Below, piece after piece: positions 1-23,685 of a stretch of DNA of 64,000 nt. The translations under genes and the position numbers were made by a program. Source of the stretch: Blastocystis sp. Blastoise. Its lineage: Eukaryota > Protista > Bigyra: Opalinata. How positions within the stretch are numbered: the stretch's first letter is position 1; the number at the start of each line of letters is the position of its first letter. The stretch lies in contig JBBPEB010000026.1 of the NCBI GenBank assembly GCA_039096225.1, positions 744,001 to 808,000 on the forward strand. The letters are read 5' to 3'. The notes below the pieces were generated by a model, which was not told where the DNA came from, did no database searches, and was given only the letters and a program-made list of their open reading frames with translations.

Positions 1-9370
<9,370 letters not shown>

Positions 9371-9478
9371 ATTGATGAGAAAAAATGAAATAAACAATAA
9401 TGATGTTGAAAAATTAAAAAATTGTTAATTTCTCGACTTCAAGCAAAAGCCTAACAATTGCCATCAGTTTCTAAAAGG

Positions 9479-9517
9479 AAAATTCATGGGGAAAAGAGTT
9501 TTTTCCCCATGAATTTT
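9479..9517. promoter_or_regulatory. Perfect 17-bp inverted repeat in a divergent promoter
   Basis: aaaattcatggggaaaa-gagtt-ttttccccatgaatttt lies between ATGs at 9370(-) and 9611(+). Confidence 0.7.
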
Positions 9518-9610
9518 TTGTTTATTTCTGTATTATTTTCAATTTTGTAAAAATGTGACGACAGAAGTCTTCGACTTGAGTATATAGAAGTATTCCTTTA
9601 AATAATCTAC

Positions 9611-11352
9611 ATGAACGCAGCAACTAAGGTTGTTTCTATATTGGCATTGCTTGTTCTGCTAGTACTTCTTTTTTATTGTCAATTGACTTACAATTCCATT
9701 GTTTTATCGTCTCAAACAGAAAGATCCTTTCCATCATCAGATGAGAATGAAGATGAAGATAGTATAGAAATATATATTTAGTGTTTATAATTATGTATTT
9801 CGTTATTCAAATTATTTTTATTTATATAGGCTATTTGTTTATTATATCTCCTGTTGTGGAACGTCTTGCATATAATAATACTAGAGATGATACTAGTCAA
9901 AGTATAGGACAAATTCCTGTTGATATAATGAAAAAGACACTTTCCATAGTTTCAAATAATGAAAATATGCGTATTTTTTTTTTTTATTTTTTATTTTTTA
10001 TTTTGTTTCTTTTTTGTTTTTTGCCTATATTATTTAAAAATAACACTTTATATACATTTATAGCATATAATTCCCAAGAATTGCAAAATTCTGTTTATAA
10101 GAAACAGAAACAATCTATTTTCTTCAATCGAATAAATACCACAAATGATTCTATAAATATTCTCCCAAGTATAAGAATATCGAACAGTAGTTTTCAATAT
10201 GAACCTTCAGTATTATCACTTTTTAATTCGTATTCCTTGTCAGATATAATATCATTATTTCAAAAGAATAATAATCATTCTATGGAAATATTAAAAGATG
10301 AAGAAAGTGTATATAGATCTATTCAGAATGGAACAATTTATGGTGCTTTTTCTTATTATAAACCAAATACTATTAATTTAAATTTATTTGAAGAACAAAA
10401 TACTATAGAACCAAAATTATATTATCAATCTATAAATATAAATAAACCTCAATATTATCAATATTCAGTATATAATACTTCTGTTAAACATAAGCATGAT
10501 TATTATAGATATACATTACATTCTATTCTATTTCCTCGTACATTGCATTTCTCATTTATAAGTATACCAAGAGTCGAAAATTCACTAAATGAATTATTTA
10601 ATCCTTATTTTATGGTAGGATTTATTAAATCACAAATTCAATCTTTCTCTTTAAGAAATAGTATACGAAATACATTTGCTACTTTATCTCCTAACCAACC
10701 GAAGCATTTATTATATAAGTTTTATTTCTTATTAGGAATTAAGAAGGGTATGAATGATCATTTATTGAAATTATTATTAGCAGAACAATATAAATATAAT
10801 GATTTAATTATTTCAAATATAATAGATTCCTATCAAAATGTTACTTTAAAAGTCTTTATGGCTGAAGAATTATTTATTACTTCGAATGCTACTTCTCCTT
10901 ATGTATATATTGGCGATGATGATACCTGTTTAAAAACAAAATATTTAATAAAACAATTAGAATCTGCTCCTCGTAAACGTTTTTATAAAGGAAAATGTGT
11001 ATTTTCAAAAATAGGTGAAGATGATCCTCATAGTAAACATGGAGTATCGAAGGAAGCCATGCCTAAAAGGATATCATTTTCAGTAGCTTATGGTATGGTA
11101 CATTCAAAGGATCTTATCTATAGACATCAAATGTTTTATAAATATCTAGATTATTTAACACATATTGATGATGGTCAACTTGGTATATTTAATAATTATG
11201 ATAAAGTTAGTATTCTATGTGAAAAGAATATTAATACTTATTATCCTCATAGTGATTATAATAAGAAATTTCTTGACGATCCTGCTTTTATTGGATATCA
11301 TAATGTTAAATCTGCTAAATTAATGAATAAAATATGTGGTTCTATTGTATAA
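9611..11352 (+). CDS. GT31-family (beta-1,3-galactosyltransferase-like) type II membrane glycosyltransferase
   Basis: N-terminal anchor MNAATKVVSILALLVLLVLLFY and two GT-AG introns. 'LLAEQYKYNDLIISNIIDSYQNVTLK' and the DxD motif 'YVYIGDDDT' are typical of the Galactosyl_T family. Confidence 0.8.
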
Positions 11353-11484
11353 TGTATGTTAGATTATAATATTATTTTATTTTTTTATTATTTTTAATTC
11401 ATTTTCTTCTTTTTTGTTGTTTTTCTTTTTTTAATCCTTGCTTCGATTTTTTCAATTTTTATTAAATTTTTATAAATCAAACAA

Positions 11485-11528
<44 letters not shown>

Positions 11529-12587
11529 TGTTTTGTTTGTCTTACTAGTATTACCTTTTTTTATTTCTATATTATGTTGTTTTGTTTATCTCAATGTGTA
11601 TATATAGTATCATGTTTGTTTTTAAAAATATACATATATTGATATAATTATTTCATTTATATAAATCACAACAATATGTTAACAAAACAATTATATATTA
11701 AATAAAATTAAAAAAAAATATGAATAGAATAAAAAGAAATACCTATATTATTATTATATATGATTCTTAGTTTAAAAAAAAAAAATGAATAAGAGTAGCC
11801 AATATATATATATGAGAGATTATATACTTATATAAAAGAATAGAATAATGGGAAAGGTTTATAACAGAAGAGTAATCAAATGATGAATTACAATAATTAT
11901 ATAAAAAAAATGTTTTATAAGAGTTGTTATATATAATAGTCATGTTTGAAATAGAATATATTTATTATGTAAAGAATATATCAAAAACAAAAAGCATTCA
12001 TTGAATTACTGAACGAAAAGAAAATAGTTGTTATTGAATATAAAAGGATATATGTAAATATTTAAAAAAGAAAAATAGAATTTATAGATAAATAAATATA
12101 ACGAATGAATAATATATTGAAGTGACAGAAATAAGTATAAAAATACCTAAGAACAAATATATATATATATACTTTTAAAAAACTATACAAAAGATGAATA
12201 AAAGGAAAGAGAATAGGACTATCATATATATAAAAAAGGATTTGGCTAAAAAAACTAAGATTGATAAGAAATAATAGAAACGATATATACAAGATGATAC
12301 TAATAAAATAAAAGGATCAAAATAATTTATGATTAATAGGTAAATACATACATAATTAGAAAATAATTGAATAAATAAAAAAAAAATTGAATAATTTGAA
12401 AATAAAATTAATTAACAACTAAAATTTCGGTTTTAAGAAATTTTAATTAAAAAAATAAAATTAAAAAATAAAATTAAAAAAAAATATATATATATATATC
12501 TAAAAAAAATTTTCTTTTTATTAAAAGAAAATAAATCATAAAACAAAAATCTATATATATATTCACTTAAGATTGTTTGTAAATAGT

Positions 12588-15500
12588 TTAAGAAGAAGCA
12601 TCAGGTAATTGTTCAGAAGCATAATAAGGTGGTAAATAAATACGAACATTTTTATTTTCAATATTAAAAATAGAATCACCAGATTGAGTTTTACCAATCA
12701 TTTTTTGCATAGATTGTAAAATAGTATCTGAAACACCATCATATAAAGCACCACGAATCTGACTGTTCTTATCACATATAGTAGCATACATATAATCATA
12801 AAAAGGAGTAATTTCATTAAGATCTCCAACACGAATAACAACATTCATAGCAGTAGTAGAATAGACTAAAGGAGATTCACTTACTCTACTGGACCCTTCA
12901 ACATAATAAACATTAACATCACGAGTACGATGAATATAAGTATTAGAAGGATCATTAAATATTTTCTTCATTAAAGTACGTTGAAGAGCATAACGTATAT
13001 CATAACTAGCAGCACGAGGATCTAAATTATCAATATATACAATCATAGGAACATCCCAATAAGTTATATTAATAATTTGAACAACACTATTTGTACTAGG
13101 TTTATCAAAATAACTACCAAAATACTCAGGTTTACATAATCTAGTAAGTTTACCATTATATTTTTGTTCAATACTATCAGGAACAGGAGTATAAGCATAA
13201 TAGAAAACTTCAGTTTCTTCAAAAGGAACATTTTCTAATACTATACTAACAGGATTTGAAGTAATATTATTAGGATAATAAATAATAGGTACATTAGCAG
13301 TTTCAGCTTTACATTTAGCAGATTTTTCTTTATATTCATAATCACCAAAAGAAATAGAATGAGTAGAATAAAATTCAGGATTAATTTCTTTTAAATAAGT
13401 ATTTAATGTAGTTTCATAATTACCATCTGCAAAAGAAGCTAATACTTGATCCGAAGAACCATATTGAGTATCAAAAACAATATCAAATTCATTTCTATAT
13501 TCATCACCAACTAAAGAATAAGAACGTCTAGTTATATAGATATCACGTATAGGTATTAAAAATGTTTGTTTTAAAGCATATTCTATTTCTTCAAATATCC
13601 ATCCAGAAGTATTTAATAAAGAAATATCATCAGCATCACTAGGATTACCATTGATTTCTAATTCAAGTGTAGCATGAAGTTTAGAATATACATGTCCTTC
13701 AGGAATAGTAATATCTTCATTTTCATTAATAAAATAAGATAAATGACATTGAACAGTCTTAGACATTATTTCAGCTTTTACATTCATAGGATTATATACA
13801 CAATATTGTTGAGTATAAGTATTTGTAGTACTATCACATTTTTCTTCAATAATATTATCTTCACTAATTTCTGTATTAGTATATAATAAACTATCTATTC
13901 CAGGGCAAACAGGACGTACATAAACACTAATAGTACGTTGACCAACATAACAAGTAAAAGGAATAAAAGAAGAAACAGTAAATAATAATCGAAGTTGTTC
14001 ATTTTGATATAAAGTAACAGGAATTTGTTCTTTACTCATTTGTATACCATCTAATCTACAAAATACATTAGCAGGTGAAATATTAAATAAATAATAAGGT
14101 AAACTAAGTATTTCATCTTGTTTAATAGTATAACTCTTACTAACATCTCTTAATTTAAGAATAGTAAGAGAATATTCTTGGCTATAACCTTCTCCATATA
14201 CAGTATCAAGAGTAGTCGTAGATACAGTAAGATAGACAATAACATCTATAGATAAAGGATTAACAACAGTAGAAAGAATATGTGTATTCATTGTATCATC
14301 ACCAGCTAATACAATACCATAAGTATTACAAGCAATATCTTGTTTAGTAACACCATTATCGGTAGAAACACTACAAGTAATTTGATAATCCTTAATAGCA
14401 GTACAAGAAGTATTGGTTTCATCCTTATCATCACAATTAAAATGGAAGAAATATGTATTTTCTTCCATAAAAGTAAATGATGTTTGAGGAATAATAAGAT
14501 TTTCATTATCATAAAGTGTAAATTTAGCAGCATGAGATATAAATACTTCATAAGAATAAGAACAATCATATTGATTATGAATATCATGTCTTTCTAAAGT
14601 ATCGGATTCCATTACAGAATATTCATTACTACATAAAGGACGATAAGTATTCGTTTCAACAATATCTTCACCATAATAAGAAGAGACAGTGGTAATAGTA
14701 GTACATAACATAGAAGTATAAGTATTCGTAGCATTTACATTTGTTTCAATATTATTATATACTACACTATCATAAGAAGTAACAGTAGACCAAGTAGAAC
14801 AAGAACCATATTCAAAAGGATAACTACCAAATTGACGAGTAACAGTAGGAGCACCAAATACTTTAATAGAATAATAATGATCTTTCTTTAAACATATGGA
14901 GGTAACAAACAGAGGATCAAAATGATAAGTATTAATACTAGCAAAACCATAATAAGTTTGAATTAACTCAGTTTCTTTAGTATCTTTATTTAATGAATAA
15001 ATACTAAATCCTTCATAACCACCATCAGTAGTAGCTAATTTATGAATAACAGCTACTTGTTCATCTTCATTACAAAGAATAGGACCTACATGGAATGGAA
15101 CAGTAACATCACTAGTAACAGTAGAATCATCATTTATAGTTGAATAAGTAGCAAAATAAGCGAAATCACCAATAACATGTCCATTAAAATCATGGGAAAT
15201 ACCATTAGTTGTACGTTCAGATAAACTAGTAATAGTAACATAGGAATCAGTTTTCCAACTTTCACCTTTTAATATACTATTTGATGTATATAAAGACATA
15301 AATAAAGAATAATCACCAGAATCAAAACAAAAAGCATGTTCATAGATATTATTAGCCACACTATTTCCTCCTCTCATAAATATAGAAGACCATGCATCAT
15401 CGTTACTAATAGTAGAACCAATAACAGTAGAATCTTTAGAAATAGAGAAGACTTCATAATAAGAAGTAGTAGAATAAACACGAGTAACAATAATAGGATA

Positions 15501-16374
15501 TTTACCACTATTTTCACCATCACAACTAAATTTAGAAAGAGTCATAACAGTCTTTGTATTTTCATTATTACCATTAGTAGAAGTAATAGTAGCTGCATCA
15601 CCAGTAAAAGAAACAGTACCATGATAATAATACTTTTGTTCATTAAATAATAATCCATCAACTAAAGGATCTGTGACTGTAATAATATCACCAAGATAAG
15701 TAGCTGTAGCATCAACAGAAGTAGGAGAATCACTAGCTACTGATAATATAATATCAGGACGAAGAGTAAAAGGAATATAATTATCTATATAAGATATTTT
15801 ACTAACTCGAGCATTAAGAAGGACAGCAGGAGTTTGAGTAAGAATAGAGAAGAATTCATCGAAAGAAGGAGAATAACCAATAGTATAAATACAGTTGTGA
15901 TAATAAGTAATATGATAATTATTATCATAAAAAGAAATACAAGGACCACTGACAGTTGAGGTAGGACTAACTTGAATAACATTATAATCGTTATTACTAG
16001 CGTATCTAGGTAAACAGAATCTTTGAGTAGCTGTACCAGCAACAATTTGACTAGCAGTAAATGTATATGATTTCTCACAAGTAGCCATATTGTTTACATC
16101 GGCAGAAGGAAGAAAACAGAAATTAGATGATGTTGATATTACACTGTTGACATAGTAATTGAAAGATAATGAAATAGAATCAGTAGCAGTATAACTTCCA
16201 ATAAGAGGTCCAGTAATAGAAAGAGTCACATCACTCTGAGTTTCAGAATTGCAAACTAGAATAAATATATGTTATTTAGTAAAGAAATGAGATACACTAA
16301 GAAGAATTTACATAAAACATACCTAACTGACCAAATGCTAATAAAGCAAATAGCATAAATATAATAAATTTCAT
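12588..16374 (-). CDS. Large (about 1240 aa) secreted or surface Thr/Ser/Tyr/Cys-rich protein of unknown function
   Basis: Signal-peptide exon MKFIIFMLFALLAFGQL (ATG 16374), one GT-AG intron (about 16257-16322), then a single 3.6-kb open exon. No C-terminal TM segment is seen. Confidence 0.8.
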
Positions 16375-17233
16375 TCTATTTAAATATAAATAATAAGTTA
16401 AATAGATTGTAATAATAAATAAATAAATATTAAGGAGTGTCTTTTATATCGAAGTTTTGTGTTGTGACTTCGTGCAACCAGATTGATATTTGATTATAAA
16501 AAGAGTAAAGTGGTTTGAATTTCTCTTGATAATAAGCTAGAATTTGAATGAATTCGACCACTTTACTCTTTTTTTCCATAAAAGAGCAATTGCTTTTTTT
16601 GTTGTCCATACTTATTCTATTATTGGAGGGTTTCAGGTTCAGCGAATAGATTTATAGAATAGATTAGTTCATCCACTTATCTTTCAGGAAAATGATTAAT
16701 AAACGAAGGGTTTATAAATAGATGAATTTTCTTGAAAAAAATTTAAATTTATTCTATTAATTCTGGGGATCCGTTGTTTTTATTTATTTAGGAATTCAGA
16801 AGATAAAAAAGTATATTATTCACTGAGAATGATTCATGATGTTTTCTAGAGGTTTATAATGTGTTTGTTTCGGATGTAAAGTCTGTATTTCTTTCTGGTT
16901 TTAAAAATGGATAATTGAATTCGAATAAACAATGCAAAGATATAATGAAATAATAAATTTGATGATCAGTTACGGATAAGCTAAGGTTTAAATAGATTTT
17001 TAATATAAAAAAAACAAAAATAAAATGACAGATACTATAAATAAACTCAAAAAATTAAAATATGGATATAATTTTTACTTATAAGAACAGCTAGAAGAGA
17101 TAATAGAAAAATTTTTTGGTAGAGAAAAAGAAAAGAAAAATGAAAAATTTAAAAAAATTATAATAATAATAGAAAGAAAGATAAATGAAAAAAATAAATT
17201 AGATTCAATGATATTTAAAAAGAGAATATTTAA

Positions 17234-19172
17234 TTATCGTGTTAATGTATCATGTAATAAATATTGAGACATGATTTCTGTTGTATTATAGAAGATAAAT
17301 TGCCAAGGAACTATATATAGAATTAATATTTATGAAAAAAAATGATTATAGAAATAAGAATAATCAATTATAGATAAATATATATTAATATATAACAAAT
17401 CTTAATACAGTTATTGAAAAACCTTTAAATAAAGCACTAACACCTTCTGTTCGTAAAGTCTAAAGAATATATATAGAATAATTTGATGAGTTATAATTAT
17501 ATGAAAAGTTATAAGTATATATAGAATAATGTGAAGAGTTATAAGTAAATATATAGAATTATTTGATGAGTTATAATTATATGTATATATAAAAATACTT
17601 TAACAAAACAATCCCATGAGCCTTTGTATAATTCTTTACCCTATAGAAGAAGAAATATATATTAAAGAATTAATTATAATTGTTATTATTATAAATAGAA
17701 TAATAAAGATAATAATAAATGAAATAAATATAATAATAATAATAATAATTTTTATTATTATAATCAGAATAATAAAGATAATAATTATTATATATATATA
17801 TATATATATACATAATGTTGATTAACAAGTCTAGTTTTGACTACATCAAAAGGGCTTGCTACAAGTGTACATAATACACCACTAATAAGAGAAGCAAATG
17901 TACTATATATACACTTATAGTAGAAACTATGTGTATCATCTTTGCCTATATATCTATATTAAAAATAGTTAATAGTGAATAAGAAATATAAATTTTACAA
18001 AAAAATGAAATATATTATTATTTATTATTATAAGGATAAGAAATAAAAATAGAAGCAAACATAGTGTATTAGGGTGAATAATAAATAGAATAATAAAGGA
18101 ATAAATAAAAATAATAAAATAAATAATAAAAATAATAAAATAAATAATAAAAATAATAGAATAAATAATATAAATAATAGAATAAATATTAAAAATAATA
18201 AAATAAATAATAAAAATAATAAAATAAATAATAAAAATAATAAAATAAATAATAAAAATAATAGAATAAACAGTAACCTATTATATATATCCGTTACATA
18301 CTGTTTAATAATGACCCTGGATTGATCATAGCACGCTACTCCTGAAACAGACATGCACATACAACGACATAAAGTAGGACCTGTACTCTTATAAAATGCT
18401 TTTATTCCTTCTGTCCTTAAGATAGATATACATGCATTACTAAAAGAAGTATATCGAGGAGGTAATCCTTGTTTCTTTAAACGACCATCGGCTTGCATAC
18501 GAATCTTTATTGTATCCTATATATATATATATTATATATTATATTATATTATATTATTATATATTATTATATTATATATTATATTATATATTATATATTA
18601 TATTATGAATAAAAAGAATTTAAAAATAATATATATTATATATTAATAATCACATCATATTATATTATGAATAAAAAAAAATTATATATAATATATATTA
18701 TATATTAATATTCACATTATATTATATTACGAATAAAAACAATTTTAAATATAATATATATATAGAATAATACACATACCAAGGGTAATGCAAATAATTG
18801 ACCATATAAACCAGTTACAATAGATACAGAAACACGTTGAGTAAATGTGTTTTTTGTATTTTTACCATATAATAAGTCTTTTATAGGTTTATAAAATCCT
18901 ATTCCAATACCACCACATAATAATTGACGAATCAAAGCACTTTCACCTCCAGCAAACAGAGATTTCACACCTTCCTCCTTTATCACATTCTTAGCTATCT
19001 TTACAATAGGAAAACGCCTCACAGCCGTCTGAACAACCTTTTGTCCTTCTCCATTTAACTGCATTCGTATTTTCAACATATCAAGAGGTAAATTAATGAA
19101 TTCAGCTAATGTGCCACAAGAAGCAGCAATGAACCAACGAGTAGAAATATGATAGTCAGTCTTAACACTCAT
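17234..19172 (-). CDS. Mitochondrial carrier (SLC25, UCP/oxoglutarate-dicarboxylate carrier-like)
   Basis: Three Px[D/E]xx[K/R]x[K/R] signatures: PLDMLKIRMQ, PL|DTIKIRMQ and PFDVVKTRL. Ends 'PWQFIFYNTTEIMSQYLLHDTLTR*'. Confidence 0.92.
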
Positions 19173-20201
19173 ATAGTTGCCTACAATTATTCTTATAAAG
19201 TTTTATACTTAATTATAAAGTAGAAACACTCTTATTTCCTTTCTATTGTTCTCCAGAAAAGTTTCTGGTTTCTTATTTTGTGAACAAGAAGAAGTATGGA
19301 AACAAATGGACAAGAAAGAGGGAAATAATCATGAAACAATACAAATATTCAGTAGAAAGAAACGAATTAATTAAGATTCTTTTTCTCTATTTCTTTCATT
19401 TTCTGTTTTCTATTTAACAACTCTGTTTCCCTTTATTCTTCAGTTAATAAATCTTGATTCTCTCTTATCTATCTTTGCAGATATTCTTCACTTTTTACTG
19501 TATATGAAATCAAGTGGAAAAGACCATTTGTGATTCATTATCATTGACTTATATTCTTTTTTTTTACTTATAATAACTCTTATTGAATGCTTCGTTATCG
19601 TAATGATCATTTTATTTAATAATGAAAGTTAAATTTTTATTAATACAATGTAAAATCATTTGTTTAAGAAAACAAAAATTAAATACATCTTCTATGACGT
19701 ATAAAGTCTATTGACAGTTGTGGTTAATAAAATGTAGCTTATTTTTTTTTAAATAATTGCCTAATCTATCTTAAATAAATACTAATTAACTCTTAAATAG
19801 CTCTCTCTTATATATATTCCGTTTTTCTGATATTTTTATTTAAAATAATAATAGTATATAAATAAAAGGAAAATTGAAAAAAAAGAAAAATTTCTTTAAA
19901 AAAAGTTTTTGAATTTGATTTTTTATAATTTCAAAAGTAAATTATTAATTAAAATTGTAAATTAAATTCATTATGTATATACTCTTTTCTTTACAATATA
20001 ATATATTTTTTTTTAGTTAAAAATTATAGGTAATTATGAATTTATTAGAAAAAAAAAATCAAATGTTCATTTTGGGATCAAACTCAAGTTACAGATATGA
20101 GAGTATATATCTGTAACACTTGTTTGATAGTATATCTACAGTTTATTGTGATGCATTCCTTTCTCTTAGCTATTTCTTTATCAATACGTGTTTGTCTATA
20201 G

Positions 20202-20774
20202 ATGATTCACTCTCCTTATTGTGCTGGATGTGTTGAAATTGTTGATGGTGATGACTTTGTCAGTGATCACACTAGAAAATGGCATGTGAACTGTCATGAT
20301 CTTTTTTTATTAGCGGTATGATATATATATAATGAAATAAAATTTCATTTTTCATTTTTTATGAATATATTATATGATATTATTCTGCATTGATTTGTAT
20401 AACTCAACTTTAGATTAGTACCTTAATTCCAAACATATATATGATTCAATACTATATAGAAAAAGGTCATTCTACATCGAATGGTGGATTCTCTAAAAAG
20501 TAGAATTTAATTCATAAATTTGGTACTGGAAATGATACTTATGTTTATCATAATCCTAATGAAATATTATAGAATAAGAAAGGAGTATCGAGTATGAGAA
20601 TCAGTGGCACTTTCTTCCCTCCTGAATTCACTGTAGACAGTCTTATTAAAACTGTATATTATATTATATTATATTTTTATAATATGTTGATTACTTTTTG
20701 ATTTATATTATATAATATTATATGTTAAATATTTGTATATTATTATGTTATATATATATATATTTATAATAATG

Positions 20775-20805
<31 letters not shown>

Positions 20806-21123
20806 TAATAATAATAATAACATATATAGGATGGAAACAAGGTTGATTCTTTAGATATTAGTTTATTTAAAGTGCCAAAATAAGAAAAAATGAAAACTAA
20901 CAATGAATATATTATTAAAGTATATAAACTATAATATATTTATTGAATTCTATATTGCATATATATATATATATATATATATATTTATTTATCTGTTTAT
21001 ATATTTTCTATATATATATAGTTAGAAGGAATATCCCGTTTATATTGTTTAAAGTGTAAAACAGAAGAAGATCTTCTTCAATGGATGGCAGCACTTGGAA
21101 ATGAATCCAAAAGCATATTTTAA
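20202..21123 (+). pseudogene. Decayed LIM + PH domain gene
   Basis: 'CAGCVEIVDGDDFVSDHTRKWHVNC' is a LIM half whose following CxxC is missing. The final exon 'RLYCLKCKTEEDLLQWMAAL' is a PH C-terminal helix. In-frame stops occur in the intervening exons, e.g. 'FKVPK*EKMK' near 20881. Confidence 0.65.
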
Positions 21124-21470
21124 TCATGGGAATAAGCTTATTAATTTCAATATAAGTTTTTAAATATTTTGCCATGTATCCTTCTATTAACTTTAAACTA
21201 CTGTTTATTATTAATATGTATATCTATTATGTTGTAAAATTAGAATTATAATACTATTTGTTGACTAATTGCCACAAACATATAAATATTGTGAATATTA
21301 ATGTTTAAAGTCTTGATTTCTCGATTAATAAACATATTTTTAAAACAAACAATGAATAAACGAATGGATATATATTATAAATATCATATTTCAATAGATT
21401 ATATATCAATTAATAAAAGGAATTTTATATAAAAAAATAAAAACAATATCTATAATAGAAATAATAGCAA

Positions 21471-22522
21471 TTAACATTTTAATTGTCTTTCAGTAATACC
21501 AATTTTTTCAGATTGTGTTTCTTTCTCTCCATCCTCATTAACTATATAATTATTAATAGACATTTTGTGATCTTTTAAAGTGATCTCAATCATACGACCT
21601 CCTCTTTTTACACTATATATATATAAGATTATATATATATTGAAATAATAACGATGAATAGAAATATATAGGGTTATATATGAATATCAATAGTTTTATA
21701 ATTATATATATAGAGTTAAATTAATAATAATATATATATAATTTAATTGTAAAAAATATTAATAATAACATTATATATATTGAAAAAAAGCAAATAACTC
21801 CATATACCCTGAAGAAGGCCCATAGCAACCTATACCTGTTTTACGTCCATATATAAGATCAATGCCTTCATAATTCACTATATAATCATTTGTGTGATCA
21901 TGACCTACATATACACTATGCATATCTCCTCTATATATATACATAAATTAAATAGTCTTTATAATCATTATTTAAAAAGAATAATAAATAGATATTTGAA
22001 TACATATTTTTTTAAATATAGTATTAATTTTTCTTATTATATATATATGTAATAATCGCTTTATATATAGAGTGTTTATTATCATGTATACCTCTTTTTC
22101 ATGGCGGCAATAAGACCAGGATTGGCGGGGAAACAACAAACGTGTTCATCCTTTCGACCAATAGGTTTGCCATCCTAATATAGGTATATATGTATGTAGG
22201 TCATATATTGTATAGACATAATAATGATTTATATAAATAATTAATGTAAAGAGATTGAATGTTATATATAAATATATAAAGAGGTATTTAGGTGTTTAAA
22301 TAGGAGGGAATGAGGGTTTAAAAAGAAAAAGAGGGTTTATATGATTTAAAAAGAGTTTAATTGGAAAAAGGGAGGGAATTTATTTATAGGGGAAAATAGA
22401 GTGTTTATGTGTATAGTATAGAGGAATGTATTTAGGGGTATATTTATATATATATATATAGGGGTGTGGGAAAAGATGTGAAAATGAGTTAGGGAGGGAA
22501 TGAGAGATATATATATATAGGG

Positions 22523-22559
<37 letters not shown>

Positions 22560-22617
22560 CCAAGAAGTCATAAATTCAGGTGGAGGAATATGAAAGAATG
22601 AAACAGCTATTTGTATA

Positions 22618-22651
<34 letters not shown>

Positions 22652-23685
22652 TATACCAGGTATTTTATATCCTTGTTCTTTTTCCATTTCTTCACTCTTC
22701 TTATAATACCATTCAACTATATATAAGTTATTACTATCATTTTTATCCTTATATATTAAATATATGTTCATAATATATAATAATAATAATATATGATAAT
22801 AATAATAATATATGATAATAATAATATATATATATATATACTAGTTTCTAGTTCTACACATCCATATCCACTTATACCCATACATCCACTTCTCATAGAA
22901 TCAAGGAACCACATATTAAACGCAATACGAGAAGTACTATTATATTCATATACTGGTATCACAAACTAATAGAAAGATAATAATAAATAAAATAAATATA
23001 ATAATAAATAAAATATATATAATAATAAATATAATATAATAATAAATAATATAAATATAATAAAATATAACTATAAATATAATAATATAATATATATACA
23101 TTAGAAGCTCCTACAGTTTCTTTTGGTGCTAATTCACTCATACTCCAGGGATTTGTCATATCTAATTCAATAATTTGTTTTCTCTTTAAATCAGCCTATA
23201 ATATATATACATATAGTATCACTTTAATAACATTTTATAAGAATAAATATTAAAAACAAAATAATAATATACTTCTTCATCATGATTTCCTAATGCATAT
23301 CCATAATATATCTTGGTTTCATTAGCTATCGATGAAAAATGTCTCCATTTCTTTTCATACCAACCTGATTTCTTATCCCAACCATATCCTATACATACAA
23401 ATGATGAGTGAATAATGCTTTCTTTCATGAGGATAACAAACTATATAAATAATAATATTTACCTGCAACCATATCGCCAGTAAAAGCAATAAAATCTGGA
23501 CGATCAGCTTCAAGAACTTTTTTCATAATATTATAAGTACCACTATCATTATCAGAATCACCAAAATGAAGATCGGTAAATTGAGTAATCTTAAAAGTCT
23601 GATCTTGATGCAATTGAAGCTTTGGCTTTTCAGTAAAAACACGTATATAAAGTGTAACAAACATAAAGAAGAACAACGCTTTCAT
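21471..23685 (-). CDS. Calcineurin-like metallophosphoesterase (DCR2 / PAP14-16-28-like), with signal peptide
   Basis: Motifs 'FKITQFTDLHFG', 'AFTGD', 'GNHD', 'FFHIPPPE', 'VGHDHTND' and 'YGRKTGIGCYG'; eight GT-AG introns. Confidence 0.92.

Noticed and set aside
20440-20900. In-frame TAG/TAA codons suggesting stop-codon reassignment
   Set aside because: The intact conserved genes show no internal TAA or TAG, and the complete ones end in TAA; the stops are confined to decayed loci.
22290-22505. AGGGAGGGAAT-like repeats in a phosphatase intron as a snoRNA or G-quadruplex
   Set aside because: Only two G-runs per copy, widely spaced, and no C/D or H/ACA boxes could be supported.
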